A DNA stretch of 64,000 nt from a virus: the IMG/VR virus record IMGVR_UViG_3300027969_000047. One strand, written 5' to 3'. Under the pieces are notes generated by a model. It was not told the DNA's origin. It saw only the letters and a list, made by a program, of their open reading frames with translations, and did no database searches. The position numbers and the translations under genes were made by a program. Below are positions 8,182 to 17,658 of the stretch, piece by piece. Numbering within the stretch: position 1 is the stretch's first letter; each line of letters begins with the position of its first letter.

Positions 8182-9256
8182 GTAATTTTTTCTCAGTTTC
8201 TATATCAACAACAAGATGAATTCTTTCTTCATCTCCACCATTCACTGCCATGTGTGGTTTTCTTGTATCAAGAAACCAGCACTCATTTTTTGACATATGA
8301 ATTTTTTGTTCATTACCTTTTGTTCCCCACACAGTAAAAACAACATCATCATTTGTCTTGATTGGGAAATGAAGTCTTGCTACTTTACCAAGTGAACCAC
8401 CAGAGTCAGGGTCTACTTGGTCAGTGTGTCTCTCTAACTCTCCACCGCCAGGTTTCAATCGCATGAATCTCACACGATGAACCTTATCACCAAATTCTTT
8501 TAACAACTCTCTGACTTCAGGAAACACATCATACAATACAGTGTCTTGCAATTCGAAGTTAACATCTTTGTTCTCTTCTTTCCATTTGTCATTCATCTCA
8601 ATTGGCTTAGTGATGAATTCAGGTTCTGGTCTGTATCCACGAAGTGACAATGCACCCCATGATTTGCCTTTGTTGTAGTTGCTGTAATGATTTGTGAACT
8701 CAGGCAACTTCTGCAACTTCTCATAAATTCCTTGAATCAATTCAGGATTCACATCACCAATCTTCTTGATTGATGTATACTCTGCCTTATCGATTACAGG
8801 AAATGGTCTAGCCATTCCTCTGTAGTATATCATATACATCTCACCAAATGTGGTAATCTTTGGACCTACTTGACAGAAACCACAAGTGTGAGCAAGCGCA
8901 TTCATCTCAACATCTTCTGCCCAAACATACATCCAACAATCATCACTGTAGTTGTTGATTCTTTTCTCTAACTCAGCAACATCACCAGTCATGCTACCAA
9001 AAGTAATATCACCTTTTTTCTTGTTTGCAATGACAGTCTTACCATGCATTGTAATTGGCGAAGATGTTTTCGAGATTGATATCTCAATCATTGTATCTTC
9101 TGAAAGAATATGAAGTGAGCCATCATCTAACATACTTGCAATGTTGTTCTTCTTTACTTGAGTAAAAGGTCCGAGAGTGAATGAGTTATACTTCTCAAAC
9201 TTTCCTGCTAGACCTTTGAGGTAGTCTAATTCAAAACCTTTTTGCCATTCTTTCAT
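8165..9256 (-). CDS. 2OG-Fe(II) oxygenase of aspartyl/asparaginyl beta-hydroxylase type with an N-terminal extra (possibly GNAT-like) domain
   Basis: RFMRLKPGG-ERHTD (HxD), RLHFPI, KPHMAVNGGDEERIHLVVD (distal His and Arg). Confidence 0.75.
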   Translation of the reverse strand: MKEWQKGFELDYLKGLAGKFEKYNSFTLGPFTQVKKNNIASMLDDGSLHILSEDTMIEISISKTSSPITMHGKTVIANKKKGDITFGSMTGDVAELEKRINNYSDDCWMYVWAEDVEMNALAHTCGFCQVGPKITTFGEMYMIYYRGMARPFPVIDKAEYTSIKKIGDVNPELIQGIYEKLQKLPEFTNHYSNYNKGKSWGALSLRGYRPEPEFITKPIEMNDKWKEENKDVNFELQDTVLYDVFPEVRELLKEFGDKVHRVRFMRLKPGGGELERHTDQVDPDSGGSLGKVARLHFPIKTNDDVVFTVWGTKGNEQKIHMSKNECWFLDTRKPHMAVNGGDEERIHLVVDIETEKKLHDRII

Positions 9257-9840
9257 TCTACTTGTTCCTGAACTTTAGGTTGAGTCGCTAATCTTCTCTT
9301 AATGTCTACAAGCATTTTCTTTTGTTTCTTTCTAGCCATCTGAACTTTTAGCTGACTAACTTTCTCAACAAAACGAACACCATTCATATGGTCTAATTCA
9401 TGCATGTAACATTGTGCAGTCATGCCTTCAAATCTTTTTTGAATTGTAGTTCCATTGGCATCTTCATATTCTGCTATGATGTATGTAGGCCGAGGAACTT
9501 TCAATGTCATTCCTGGAAAAGAAAGACAACCTTCAGGCTTAATTGTTTCTGGTCCAGTCTCAACGATACGAGGATTGAAACAAACGATATCTGGCATCAT
9601 CACAAAAACACGAAATGGTAATGCACATTGATTTGCAGAGAGACCAAGACCATTGTAATGTTTCAATGTTCTAAGCAATCTTATCGACAAAGACTTTGGA
9701 TCAATCGGTGGATTGACAAAGTTAAAATCAGGCATTCTCATTTTCAGTAATGGAAGATGTTCATCATACACATTGTATGGTTCGTAACTTTCAATTACTG
9801 GTGTTGGTGCTTTTGTGTTAATTACTAGTACTTCACTCAT
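9253..9840 (-). CDS. def: peptide deformylase
   Basis: GLGLSANQ, EGCLS and HELDH motifs. Confidence 0.95.
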   Translation of the reverse strand: MSEVLVINTKAPTPVIESYEPYNVYDEHLPLLKMRMPDFNFVNPPIDPKSLSIRLLRTLKHYNGLGLSANQCALPFRVFVMMPDIVCFNPRIVETGPETIKPEGCLSFPGMTLKVPRPTYIIAEYEDANGTTIQKRFEGMTAQCYMHELDHMNGVRFVEKVSQLKVQMARKKQKKMLVDIKRRLATQPKVQEQVE

Positions 9841-11549
9841 TTTGCTATCCTCGAAAAGTTTTTGACTTTCTCAAACTTAATAATGTTTCTAAATTTATCT
9901 TGCAGTATGTCACCCTTATGTGAGATGACAAACAGATTCACACCCTCAAGAAGATGCAGAATTTTCATCAAATCATCTGTGCCATTTGTATCTAATGATG
10001 AATCGAATATTTCATCAAGTATCAGTAGATTGGTGTTTGCTGAGTTTTTCAACTTAGCAACAGCCCGCCATGTCAACATCAGTGCCATATCGATTCGTTG
10101 TTTCTCACCTTCTGAAAATGATTCATAAGTGAAATCATCACGATGCCTTGACTTGATTGTTTCTTTGAAGTTCTCATCAAGTGTGAAGTTAACAAAGAAG
10201 TCCATCGAAGCCAAATACTTGTTCACCAACTTGTTGATGACTGGAAGATATTGCTTGATGATTTTTGTTTTGATACCAGTGTCTTTCAAAAGAATAGATG
10301 CGGCATCATAGTAAGACTTTTCATCAAGCAACACTCTCAGTCGATTCTTCAAATCACTGAGTGTTTGTTTCAAAGATGCCAATGCTAATTCTTCAGCATC
10401 TGTGGTATCTTTGGGCGACTTCAATTCTGCAATTTTAGCATTCAATCTATCAATCTGCTTGTTTGTTTCAGTGATGGCATTGTTGTTTGTTGCAATTTTT
10501 ATCTGTAACTGCTGAACAATTTTCTGCACATTGTTTATCTCACCCAATGATTTTTGCAAGCCTTGAAGTTTCGAATCTAGTTCTTTGAGTCCATGCTCAC
10601 ATTCCGCACTCTTGGTCGAAAGGTTGGCAATCTCCGTCTCTTTAAACCCGATGGCAATGGTTTGCCTACAGGTTGGACAATCGTCATTATGTTGAAAGAA
10701 ACTGATATCTTTTCTATATTTGGATACTGTGCTTTCAATTTGCGATTCAAGTTTTGTAATTTTCTTGAGTTTATCTTCCACCACAATCTTATCTGCCAAA
10801 ACTGCTTGATGCGTTTCGACTTGTACGGAGAGGTTAGCAACTTCTCCATGTAGGGTTTGTATAGTACTCTGATGGCTCTGTATCTCTTTAGCATATTCAG
10901 TCACCTTGTCTTCATTGTTCTGTTTCATGCTTGCAATAAATTTCTCTTGCATAGCAATCTTTTCATTTGATGATTCGATTAACAACTTACTATCTGAAAG
11001 ACCTTGCCTGTTCTCAGATAACTTTAACCTAACAATACCATTCATAGCAGAGAAAATCTGAATGTCTAGCAAGTCTTCAATGATTGCTCTACGGTCATTT
11101 GCACTCAACTGCATGAAAGGAGTGAACGATGCTGAACCAAGAAGAACAATCTGTGTGAAAGATTTGTAATTCAATTTGAGAATGAATTTCTCAAGAAAGT
11201 CTTGATAGTCTCTTGCGGCGGCATCTTGGTTCAGCAGTTCACCATTCTGATAGATTTCAAACACATTCGGTTTGATACCACGAATAATTTTGAACGACTT
11301 GTTGCCTGTATCGAATTCAACTTCTACAACACATTCTTTAGCATTGATTGAATTCAACAGTTGCGGCTTGTTGATTTTACGAAACGGTTTACCAAACAAA
11401 GCAAAGCACACGCCATCAAGCATTGTGCTTTTACCAGAACCATTTGCACCAACAACTAGTGTGTTTTCAAATTCATCAAAACGAATCTCTGTGAAATGAT
11501 TGCCAGTTGAGATGAAGTTTTTATATCTAAGTTTACGAAAAATTATCAT
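9837..11549 (-). CDS. gp46: recombination endonuclease ATPase subunit (Rad50/SbcC-like)
   Basis: GANGSGKS, CPTC zinc hook, FSEGEK signature, LILDE. Confidence 0.95.
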   Translation of the reverse strand: MIIFRKLRYKNFISTGNHFTEIRFDEFENTLVVGANGSGKSTMLDGVCFALFGKPFRKINKPQLLNSINAKECVVEVEFDTGNKSFKIIRGIKPNVFEIYQNGELLNQDAAARDYQDFLEKFILKLNYKSFTQIVLLGSASFTPFMQLSANDRRAIIEDLLDIQIFSAMNGIVRLKLSENRQGLSDSKLLIESSNEKIAMQEKFIASMKQNNEDKVTEYAKEIQSHQSTIQTLHGEVANLSVQVETHQAVLADKIVVEDKLKKITKLESQIESTVSKYRKDISFFQHNDDCPTCRQTIAIGFKETEIANLSTKSAECEHGLKELDSKLQGLQKSLGEINNVQKIVQQLQIKIATNNNAITETNKQIDRLNAKIAELKSPKDTTDAEELALASLKQTLSDLKNRLRVLLDEKSYYDAASILLKDTGIKTKIIKQYLPVINKLVNKYLASMDFFVNFTLDENFKETIKSRHRDDFTYESFSEGEKQRIDMALMLTWRAVAKLKNSANTNLLILDEIFDSSLDTNGTDDLMKILHLLEGVNLFVISHKGDILQDKFRNIIKFEKVKNFSRIAK

Positions 11550-12625
11550 TCTATATTTTCTGTATTCAAGGCTTCAACATAAAGTTCACGCATGAATGTT
11601 TTCAGTTTCTCATTGTCAACATTGAGTTCTAAATTGTCAATGTATTTGGAAAGAATTGTCATTGTATCTTCTGCTTGGTCTACAATGTCTTTATCATCTT
11701 CAATAATTATCTCAGTGAAATCTTCAACAACAGAGATATCAGCTAGACCTGCTTTGTAAAGATTGTCAATCACAGTATCAAACAGATATGGGTTCTGCTT
11801 ATTAACTACAATAACTTTGACATGTGTACCTTGATATTGTGAGTAGTCATACTTTTTCCAATACTCAAAATCATGTTCACTGTCATCATAGACAATCTTG
11901 AAGAACATCTTATATGGGTTCGGAATGAATTCTATTTGACGAGTCTCTGTATCAAAGATATGAAAACCTCTTGTGTCATTATAGTCAGCCCAAGTAATCT
12001 CATACTGATTACCAAGATAGTGTACAACACCATCTGAAGACTTGTGATGAAAGTGTCCAGACAATACCATATCGAATCTATCAAACACATCTCTGTTCAG
12101 ACCTTCATGGCACACATTGCCACGGTCCATTTCAAAGCCAGAGATTTCAAAATGACCAAAGACTAATTGTACTTTAGCATCTTTCAAAAGAGCCATACTT
12201 CTATCATAGTTCTCTTCACATATCCATGGCATCAATAGAATATCAACACCATCGAATGAAACTACTTTAGGGTCATCATAGATGAATGGCTCATTCACAC
12301 CATCATATGAAGTGCAGAGATTTTGAATTGCGTTTACTTTGTTTGTGTTCTTGAAGTAGGTGTCGTGATTACCAATCAAGATGTGTGTGTCAATGCCTTC
12401 TTCCCAGAATCTACGCATGAAACGATTCTGAAAGTCAGATGCAATATTGTGATTGATAAACTTACGGCGGTCAACAACATCACCCAAATGAATACATGTT
12501 TTGATGTTGTGTTCTTTTAGGTATGGAAAGAATGTGTTTTCCCAAAACTTGAAGAAGAAGTCATTGAAGACATGACTGTCTCCACGGGCACCGAAGTGCG
12601 TATCATTTATGAGTGCAATTTTCAT
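11546..12625 (-). CDS. gp47: recombination endonuclease nuclease subunit (Mre11/SbcD-like)
   Basis: DTHFG, GDVVD, GNHD and GHFH phosphoesterase motifs. Confidence 0.95.
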   Translation of the reverse strand: MKIALINDTHFGARGDSHVFNDFFFKFWENTFFPYLKEHNIKTCIHLGDVVDRRKFINHNIASDFQNRFMRRFWEEGIDTHILIGNHDTYFKNTNKVNAIQNLCTSYDGVNEPFIYDDPKVVSFDGVDILLMPWICEENYDRSMALLKDAKVQLVFGHFEISGFEMDRGNVCHEGLNRDVFDRFDMVLSGHFHHKSSDGVVHYLGNQYEITWADYNDTRGFHIFDTETRQIEFIPNPYKMFFKIVYDDSEHDFEYWKKYDYSQYQGTHVKVIVVNKQNPYLFDTVIDNLYKAGLADISVVEDFTEIIIEDDKDIVDQAEDTMTILSKYIDNLELNVDNEKLKTFMRELYVEALNTENIE

Positions 12626-12633
12626 AGTCTCAC

Positions 12634-12662
12634 ATTATAACAAAAAATGACAAAGGTGTCAA
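12634..12662 (-). promoter_or_regulatory. consensus sigma70 promoter for the gp47 to methyltransferase operon
   Basis: TTGACA-N17-TATAAT with TG extension. Confidence 0.85.
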
Positions 12663-13270
12663 GAACTTTTTTCTGATTCTTTTAAGATTGCCTCTACCTC
12701 TTCTAGCGGTATCGTTTCAATGTCTTCCAATAACATTTCTTCAGGCTCAATGAATTTCTCTATGCCTTTATTGGCTGACTTGTCTTTCTTCTTTTTCTTG
12801 CTTTCTTCAAAGTTCTGAATGAATTCGGAAATGTTATCGTAGAGTATGAATGGTCTGCTTGTACCAGTGTCTTCATCGTACTCATCTTCCATGATTCCAA
12901 ATTGTTCAGTTGCTTTGTACTTCACATAGAGTTGTTTCTTCTCTTTCATAATTCGCCGTAAGAAAGCAAAGTAAATGATTTGAGTGAAGTAAGCAAATGG
13001 GTTCTTAGACTTGTCAGGATCAAAGTTATCAACATACTGAATACAGTTTTCTATACCATCAGAAATCATCTCTTCTCTGAATGAGTATGATATGAAGTTA
13101 GGTTTTCTTGATAGATGTTCTGCAATCTTCAAGAAACATGCACCAATGTAGTTTGACAGTCTAGGTTTTTCTTTATCGGTCTCTTTGGCTTCTTTGACCT
13201 TCAGACGATACTCTATGATTGCCTGTAGAAAGTCGGCATTGTTTACATAGTGTTTTGGGTTTGCGGCCAT
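12659..13270 (-). CDS. gp55: late-transcription sigma factor
   Basis: HYVNN, EMISDGIENC and NPFAYFTQIIYFAFLRRI motifs. Confidence 0.95.
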   Translation of the reverse strand: MAANPKHYVNNADFLQAIIEYRLKVKEAKETDKEKPRLSNYIGACFLKIAEHLSRKPNFISYSFREEMISDGIENCIQYVDNFDPDKSKNPFAYFTQIIYFAFLRRIMKEKKQLYVKYKATEQFGIMEDEYDEDTGTSRPFILYDNISEFIQNFEESKKKKKDKSANKGIEKFIEPEEMLLEDIETIPLEEVEAILKESEKSS

Positions 13271-13302
13271 AATGTTTTCCTGGTAATATTATAAAATTTC
13301 AC

Positions 13303-13332
13303 TTGACAAGATTGTCATCAATGCAGTATACT
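13303..13332 (+). promoter_or_regulatory. plus-strand sigma70-like promoter (antisense to the uvsW operon)
   Basis: TTGACA-N18-TATACT. Confidence 0.5.
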
Positions 13333-13351
13333 AACTGTGTTCCGTTTGAAG

Positions 13352-13816
13352 TTAATGTATTGGATTGTTCTTTAGGACCTCTGATACCATCTCATCATAT
13401 TCTTCAATCTCTTCTTCTCTCAACCTATTTAAAGCATATCTGATTTGTTCATCTTGCAGAATCAAACGATTCTGCTCACTATCAACAATGGTATTGTAGT
13501 GGTCAACGAGTTCTTCTTTTGGGTTCACAACTGTAAGAATATCAGCACAATGTATTTGAGCAATATTCTCTTCAATCAATTCAATTGGTAACCAAGGACT
13601 TATATGCATTGCATTTTGTCCTGTAGGCATTCTCTTAAAGACAAGACGCATTGGGTTTGAAAGCAATGCTGTACCATCAGAAGAGTCTTCAATAAAATCA
13701 GCAAGAACATCTTCTCCCGTAACTAGACGGACTATCTTGACATTTAGATTATCAGGTTTTGAGGTCAATGTTGTAGAATTTGTAATTAAATTTTTCGTCA
13801 TCGTATATTTTAACAC
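13352..13816 (-). CDS. conserved T4-like hypothetical protein (Sm-like fold); start uncertain
   Basis: KIVRLVTGEDVLA...NPM...PWLP pattern, located between uvsW and gp55. Confidence 0.7.
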   Translation of the reverse strand: MLKYTMTKNLITNSTTLTSKPDNLNVKIVRLVTGEDVLADFIEDSSDGTALLSNPMRLVFKRMPTGQNAMHISPWLPIELIEENIAQIHCADILTVVNPKEELVDHYNTIVDSEQNRLILQDEQIRYALNRLREEEIEEYDEMVSEVLKNNPIH

Positions 13817-15218
13817 GCTCTATGAAATGTTGCAATGTATAATTGGCATGTTTACCTATTCTGAAATCATCTGATATATCAAACAATACTGCCTTTTCTT
13901 TGTTTTCACCTATTCGTAAACCTCTACCTATAGATTGAAGATTCCGAATACGAGACTTTGAAGGAGAAGCAAAGATAATATTATGGAGATTGCGAATGTT
14001 GACGCCAGTAGAAAAAGTGCCATAAGAAGCAACAATAATGGCATCATTTTCTTTTTCAGTGATTGCCCTAACTGACTCACGAATCTCAACATCAGTTCCA
14101 CCAAAGACAAAAAACACTTGTCTTTTTCCTGCGGCTTCTTTGATGTTGGCATACAATTCTTTACCGTGTTTCTCAACAAATTGAAACAGAATTAGGCTAT
14201 TGCCTTTCAATGAAAGAGCAAGATTCTTAATGAATTCATTTCTTGCTTTGTTCATTACTATGTATTCAATCTCAGTATTGAAGTCCCAGTCTCTTGATTG
14301 TTTGCAAATGGCTTCAGGATATTTCAATATCAAACACTTGATGAAAAAATCTGCTAACTGTTTATTGTCAATCAGTTCTTTTGTGGTAGTGACTTGTGTA
14401 GCAGGACCAAACAGACCTTCAAGCACAAGTTTATGTGTCTGAGTTCCATCAAGTGTTCCTGTACAACCAATGCGATATTTTGAATTGACAAGACCAGTCA
14501 TAATCGTTGTCAATGATTTTGCTTTGAATTGGTGTGCCTCATCACCAAGAACAAAATCAAATTGTTCAAAGTACTCAGGTGGATTTTTATAAATCGATTG
14601 CCATGTAGTCACTGTCAGAAACTTTTCTGTGACTTTATCTTTACCTGAGTATTGTCTGTGTATGTATTCTTCTGAATCATAACCATATGATTTGAAGTCT
14701 GTGAACATCTGTTCAACCAATGATGTTGTTGGTACAATCATCAGACCTTTTCTGTTCTGCATACTGAATTGAAGAAACGATGTTATCAAATAAAGTATCA
14801 GAGATTTGCCTGATGCTGTTGGAGATATCAACAACATTCTTTTATTACGAATTGCTTGAGCAAACGCTTTGAGTTGATAGTCTCTTACTTCGTGTGGAAG
14901 GTTTAATGATAACGCCCAATCATGGGCTTCTTTCATTGAGAAGTTTTCTGTGACTTCTGAGAATCTATCAACTGAAAGAGTATACTCTCTTTCTTTAGCA
15001 AACACACGAATGTGGTCTAACAGACCATGATAGATGTGAAAACTTCTTAGGTCAATTAACCTAATCTTACCATCCCAATATCTTGATTTGTATGCTGGTG
15101 TATATTGATAACCAGGAACATAAAATGTGAAGTAGTCTGACAGTTCTTGTGCTACTGATTTCTCACATTCGATATGTAAGAATACTTCATTCACTTTTCT
15201 AATTACTAAATCATGCAC
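13752..15218 (-). CDS. uvsW: UvsW RNA-DNA/DNA-DNA helicase
   Basis: SPTASGKS, DEAH, TGT and QSIGRGLR SF2 motifs. Confidence 0.95.
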   Translation of the reverse strand: MHDLVIRKVNEVFLHIECEKSVAQELSDYFTFYVPGYQYTPAYKSRYWDGKIRLIDLRSFHIYHGLLDHIRVFAKEREYTLSVDRFSEVTENFSMKEAHDWALSLNLPHEVRDYQLKAFAQAIRNKRMLLISPTASGKSLILYLITSFLQFSMQNRKGLMIVPTTSLVEQMFTDFKSYGYDSEEYIHRQYSGKDKVTEKFLTVTTWQSIYKNPPEYFEQFDFVLGDEAHQFKAKSLTTIMTGLVNSKYRIGCTGTLDGTQTHKLVLEGLFGPATQVTTTKELIDNKQLADFFIKCLILKYPEAICKQSRDWDFNTEIEYIVMNKARNEFIKNLALSLKGNSLILFQFVEKHGKELYANIKEAAGKRQVFFVFGGTDVEIRESVRAITEKENDAIIVASYGTFSTGVNIRNLHNIIFASPSKSRIRNLQSIGRGLRIGENKEKAVLFDISDDFRIGKHANYTLQHFIERVKIYDDEKFNYKFYNIDLKT

Positions 15219-15645
15219 CCTGTATAAATCTTTCCCATGCTATAAAGTCTCGCAGTTGCCATGTACGATTGTTGAGTTCTTTTAAAATAGCGTTACATGA
15301 ATCAACCATTTCTTCGTTGAGTGCTTTCTGAGCAATCACACGATTCATGTCTTCATCGCTTTCTAGATATGTAGATATGTCCGATTTGAGAACAAATGGA
15401 AATGGTTCCCAACCATGCTCTTTCAATTGGTCATCATCCAATTTACCTGTGTAGTATTCCCACTTCAATCTTTTTATTTTGGCTAACTTGAATTCACAAT
15501 TCTTGACTTCAAGTTTACTGTTCGATAGAATACGCAGATACTTGCTATGAAGTTTAGGTATGTTTAAAAGTTCTTTGCCTGGTTCTGTTCTGTCCATGTC
15601 AGAATCTTTGGTCCACATATCTAACAACTCATTCAATTTATTCAT
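15211..15645 (-). CDS. uvsY: recombination mediator UvsY
   Basis: IPKLHSKYL, KWEYYTGK, YLESDED, RTWQLRDFIAW; start at ATG 15645 behind GAGG. Confidence 0.9.
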   Translation of the reverse strand: MNKLNELLDMWTKDSDMDRTEPGKELLNIPKLHSKYLRILSNSKLEVKNCEFKLAKIKRLKWEYYTGKLDDDQLKEHGWEPFPFVLKSDISTYLESDEDMNRVIAQKALNEEMVDSCNAILKELNNRTWQLRDFIAWERFIQGA

Positions 15646-15680
15646 AATTACCTCAGTAATAGTTACACTAATCTGCAACT

Positions 15681-15708
15681 AGTATAACACAATTTTAAAC
15701 TTTGTCAA
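15681..15708 (-). promoter_or_regulatory. sigma70-type promoter for uvsY-uvsW
   Basis: TTGACA-N16-TATACT with TG extension. Confidence 0.65.
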
Positions 15709-16225
15709 TATTAAATACGGTAAATCTGAATGACGCATCGGCAGTAATAACTGCATTGGCATCATCGGTTGTTGACATCATTATAGATGATAGAGTTGTT
15801 GGGAAGCAATCGATAAACTTAATTCTATAAGTTGGATTGTTTTTTGAGTTAAGCAAAGTCAATGATGCATCAGAGTATTGAGGAGTTGATGTGTTAATTG
15901 CATTTGGTGAAAGTTGTCCTAGATTCTTATACTCTTCAAACTTTGTTGGGAATGTCAATGCACGAATCCAATCGTGAATTTCAAACCATGAAATCAAATC
16001 TTCATCTACCAAGAAAGTCACATTGAGTACATCATATATGATTTTCTCTCCAGGTCTGAAGATATCAACAAATGGTGTTGATTGTGGAATTTCTGATAGA
16101 GACACTCCAGGCAAATTCACTGACTGGCAGAAATATTGCATTGCTGGTGCTCTAAGAAATGTCAATAGAAACTTGTTCGATTGGAAGAAGTTTGTATTAT
16201 CGGGGGTTCTGTTAAGTGCTGTCAT
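15695..16225 (-). CDS. gp3: tail completion / tube terminator protein
   Basis: YFCQSVNLPG, LNVTFLVDED, SDASLTLL and FPTTLS motifs; follows gp23. Confidence 0.85.
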   Translation of the reverse strand: MTALNRTPDNTNFFQSNKFLLTFLRAPAMQYFCQSVNLPGVSLSEIPQSTPFVDIFRPGEKIIYDVLNVTFLVDEDLISWFEIHDWIRALTFPTKFEEYKNLGQLSPNAINTSTPQYSDASLTLLNSKNNPTYRIKFIDCFPTTLSSIMMSTTDDANAVITADASFRFTVFNIDKV

Positions 16226-16230
16226 ATGTG

Positions 16231-16238
16231 TATTTATA
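16231..16238 (-). promoter_or_regulatory. T4-type late promoter
   Basis: TATAAATA. Confidence 0.8.
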
Positions 16239-16241
16239 AGC

Positions 16242-16270
16242 AAAAAAAAGAGGGACCGAAGTCCCTCTTT
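16242..16270 (-). terminator. terminator after gp23
   Basis: AAAGAGGGAC-TTCG-GTCCCTCTTTTTTT on the minus strand (cUUCGg loop plus U tract). Confidence 0.9.
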
Positions 16271-16300
16271 CAAATACCACTCTTGAAGGTGGTTTATTAA

Positions 16301-17641
16301 TTACATCAAGTTCGTTACTTTGAATGAACGATAGTAATTGTTGCTTTGTGCTGTCAATGCACCATAGCTTTGAGTGGTACCGTTTGCGAATGGGTTTGCA
16401 ACCAATCCGTAACGAGTTTTGAAACCAATCTTTGGTTGGAATGTTGAAGTATCAACAGCACGAACCATTTGCAATGGAACATATGGGCAGTAGAAAATAC
16501 CAGCATCATATGCGTTAGTACCTTTGTAACCAACAACAGCGAATTCAGAAGAACCAGTTGCTGTGAAATACGGATCGATGTACACTTTGATACGACCGAA
16601 CATAGTACCTGCAAAAGTATTACCTGTATCGTCAACTGTCAAGTTAACTTGAGAGTTCAATGCAGAGTTGTAATCAAGAACACCAGCCATAGCCAATGCA
16701 GATGCTACATCTGAAGAAACGATAAGGATGTTACCTTTACCACGGCGAGTTGTTTTAGCAATCGCATTAGCTTCTCTTTCGATTTGGAAAGTCAAACCTT
16801 TGATTTTTTCAACCATCCAACGACCGTTAGAGTCAGTGTCAAGGTCGAAAGTACCAGTAGTAGTTGTACCAACTTGTGCGCCGATTTTAGAAACGCCATA
16901 GATTGTACGGATAACTTCACGGTTAATTTCAGCAAGAATTTCAGCGGAAAGAATATTTGACAATTCTGTTTCAGCGTCAAGACCATGAACTGCTTTCAAG
17001 TCTTGTGCAAGTTCCATTGTGTATTCTGCTTTCAAAGCACGAGTAAGTGCAGTAACAGTAACTTTCTCAATTGCGAAAGCCATTTCTTTCATTGCATCAG
17101 ATGAACCAAGTGATTCAGCTTGTGTTGTTGTCAAACCACCACCAACTGCCGCATTTTGTACGAAAGTGTTAGTTGTGTTTGCAGTACCAGCAACACCAAG
17201 CGTTACTTGTGTGTCATTTGGATAATCACCAGAGTGAGTAGTGTTAGCTTCGTTGAAGAATGCTTCATCGTTTGTGTTAGCTTGACCAGCATAGCGTGAA
17301 CGCATTGCGAAAATCAAACCTGTTGGGCCTGTCATTGGTTGAACACCGCAGATATCATAGGCGATAAGGTTTGGTAATGAACGGCGAACTAGGCTGATAA
17401 GAATTGGGTCGAAACCTGCAACTGGACCACCTGCGTTTGCACCACCACTGAAACCACCAGCGCCAGCGGCGTTAGCGTGAGTAGCTTCACGAAGAATGTT
17501 ATTTTCTTCGTAGAATGCTTTTTCTTGATTTTCAAGAATAACTGCCGTAACAGCTTTACGATACGGATCTTTAATTGGTGCTAGTTCTGGATGGTCAAGA
17601 ACTGGCGACCATTTTTTGGAAATTTCTTCTGAGAGAAACAT
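16301..17641 (-). CDS. gp23: major capsid protein
   Basis: GVQPMTGPTGLIFAMR, KAEYTMELAQDLKAVHGLDAE, FQPKIGFKTRYG. Confidence 0.98.
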   Translation of the reverse strand: MFLSEEISKKWSPVLDHPELAPIKDPYRKAVTAVILENQEKAFYEENNILREATHANAAGAGGFSGGANAGGPVAGFDPILISLVRRSLPNLIAYDICGVQPMTGPTGLIFAMRSRYAGQANTNDEAFFNEANTTHSGDYPNDTQVTLGVAGTANTTNTFVQNAAVGGGLTTTQAESLGSSDAMKEMAFAIEKVTVTALTRALKAEYTMELAQDLKAVHGLDAETELSNILSAEILAEINREVIRTIYGVSKIGAQVGTTTTGTFDLDTDSNGRWMVEKIKGLTFQIEREANAIAKTTRRGKGNILIVSSDVASALAMAGVLDYNSALNSQVNLTVDDTGNTFAGTMFGRIKVYIDPYFTATGSSEFAVVGYKGTNAYDAGIFYCPYVPLQMVRAVDTSTFQPKIGFKTRYGLVANPFANGTTQSYGALTAQSNNYYRSFKVTNLM

Positions 17642-17658
17642 ATTTTTGCTCCTTGGGT

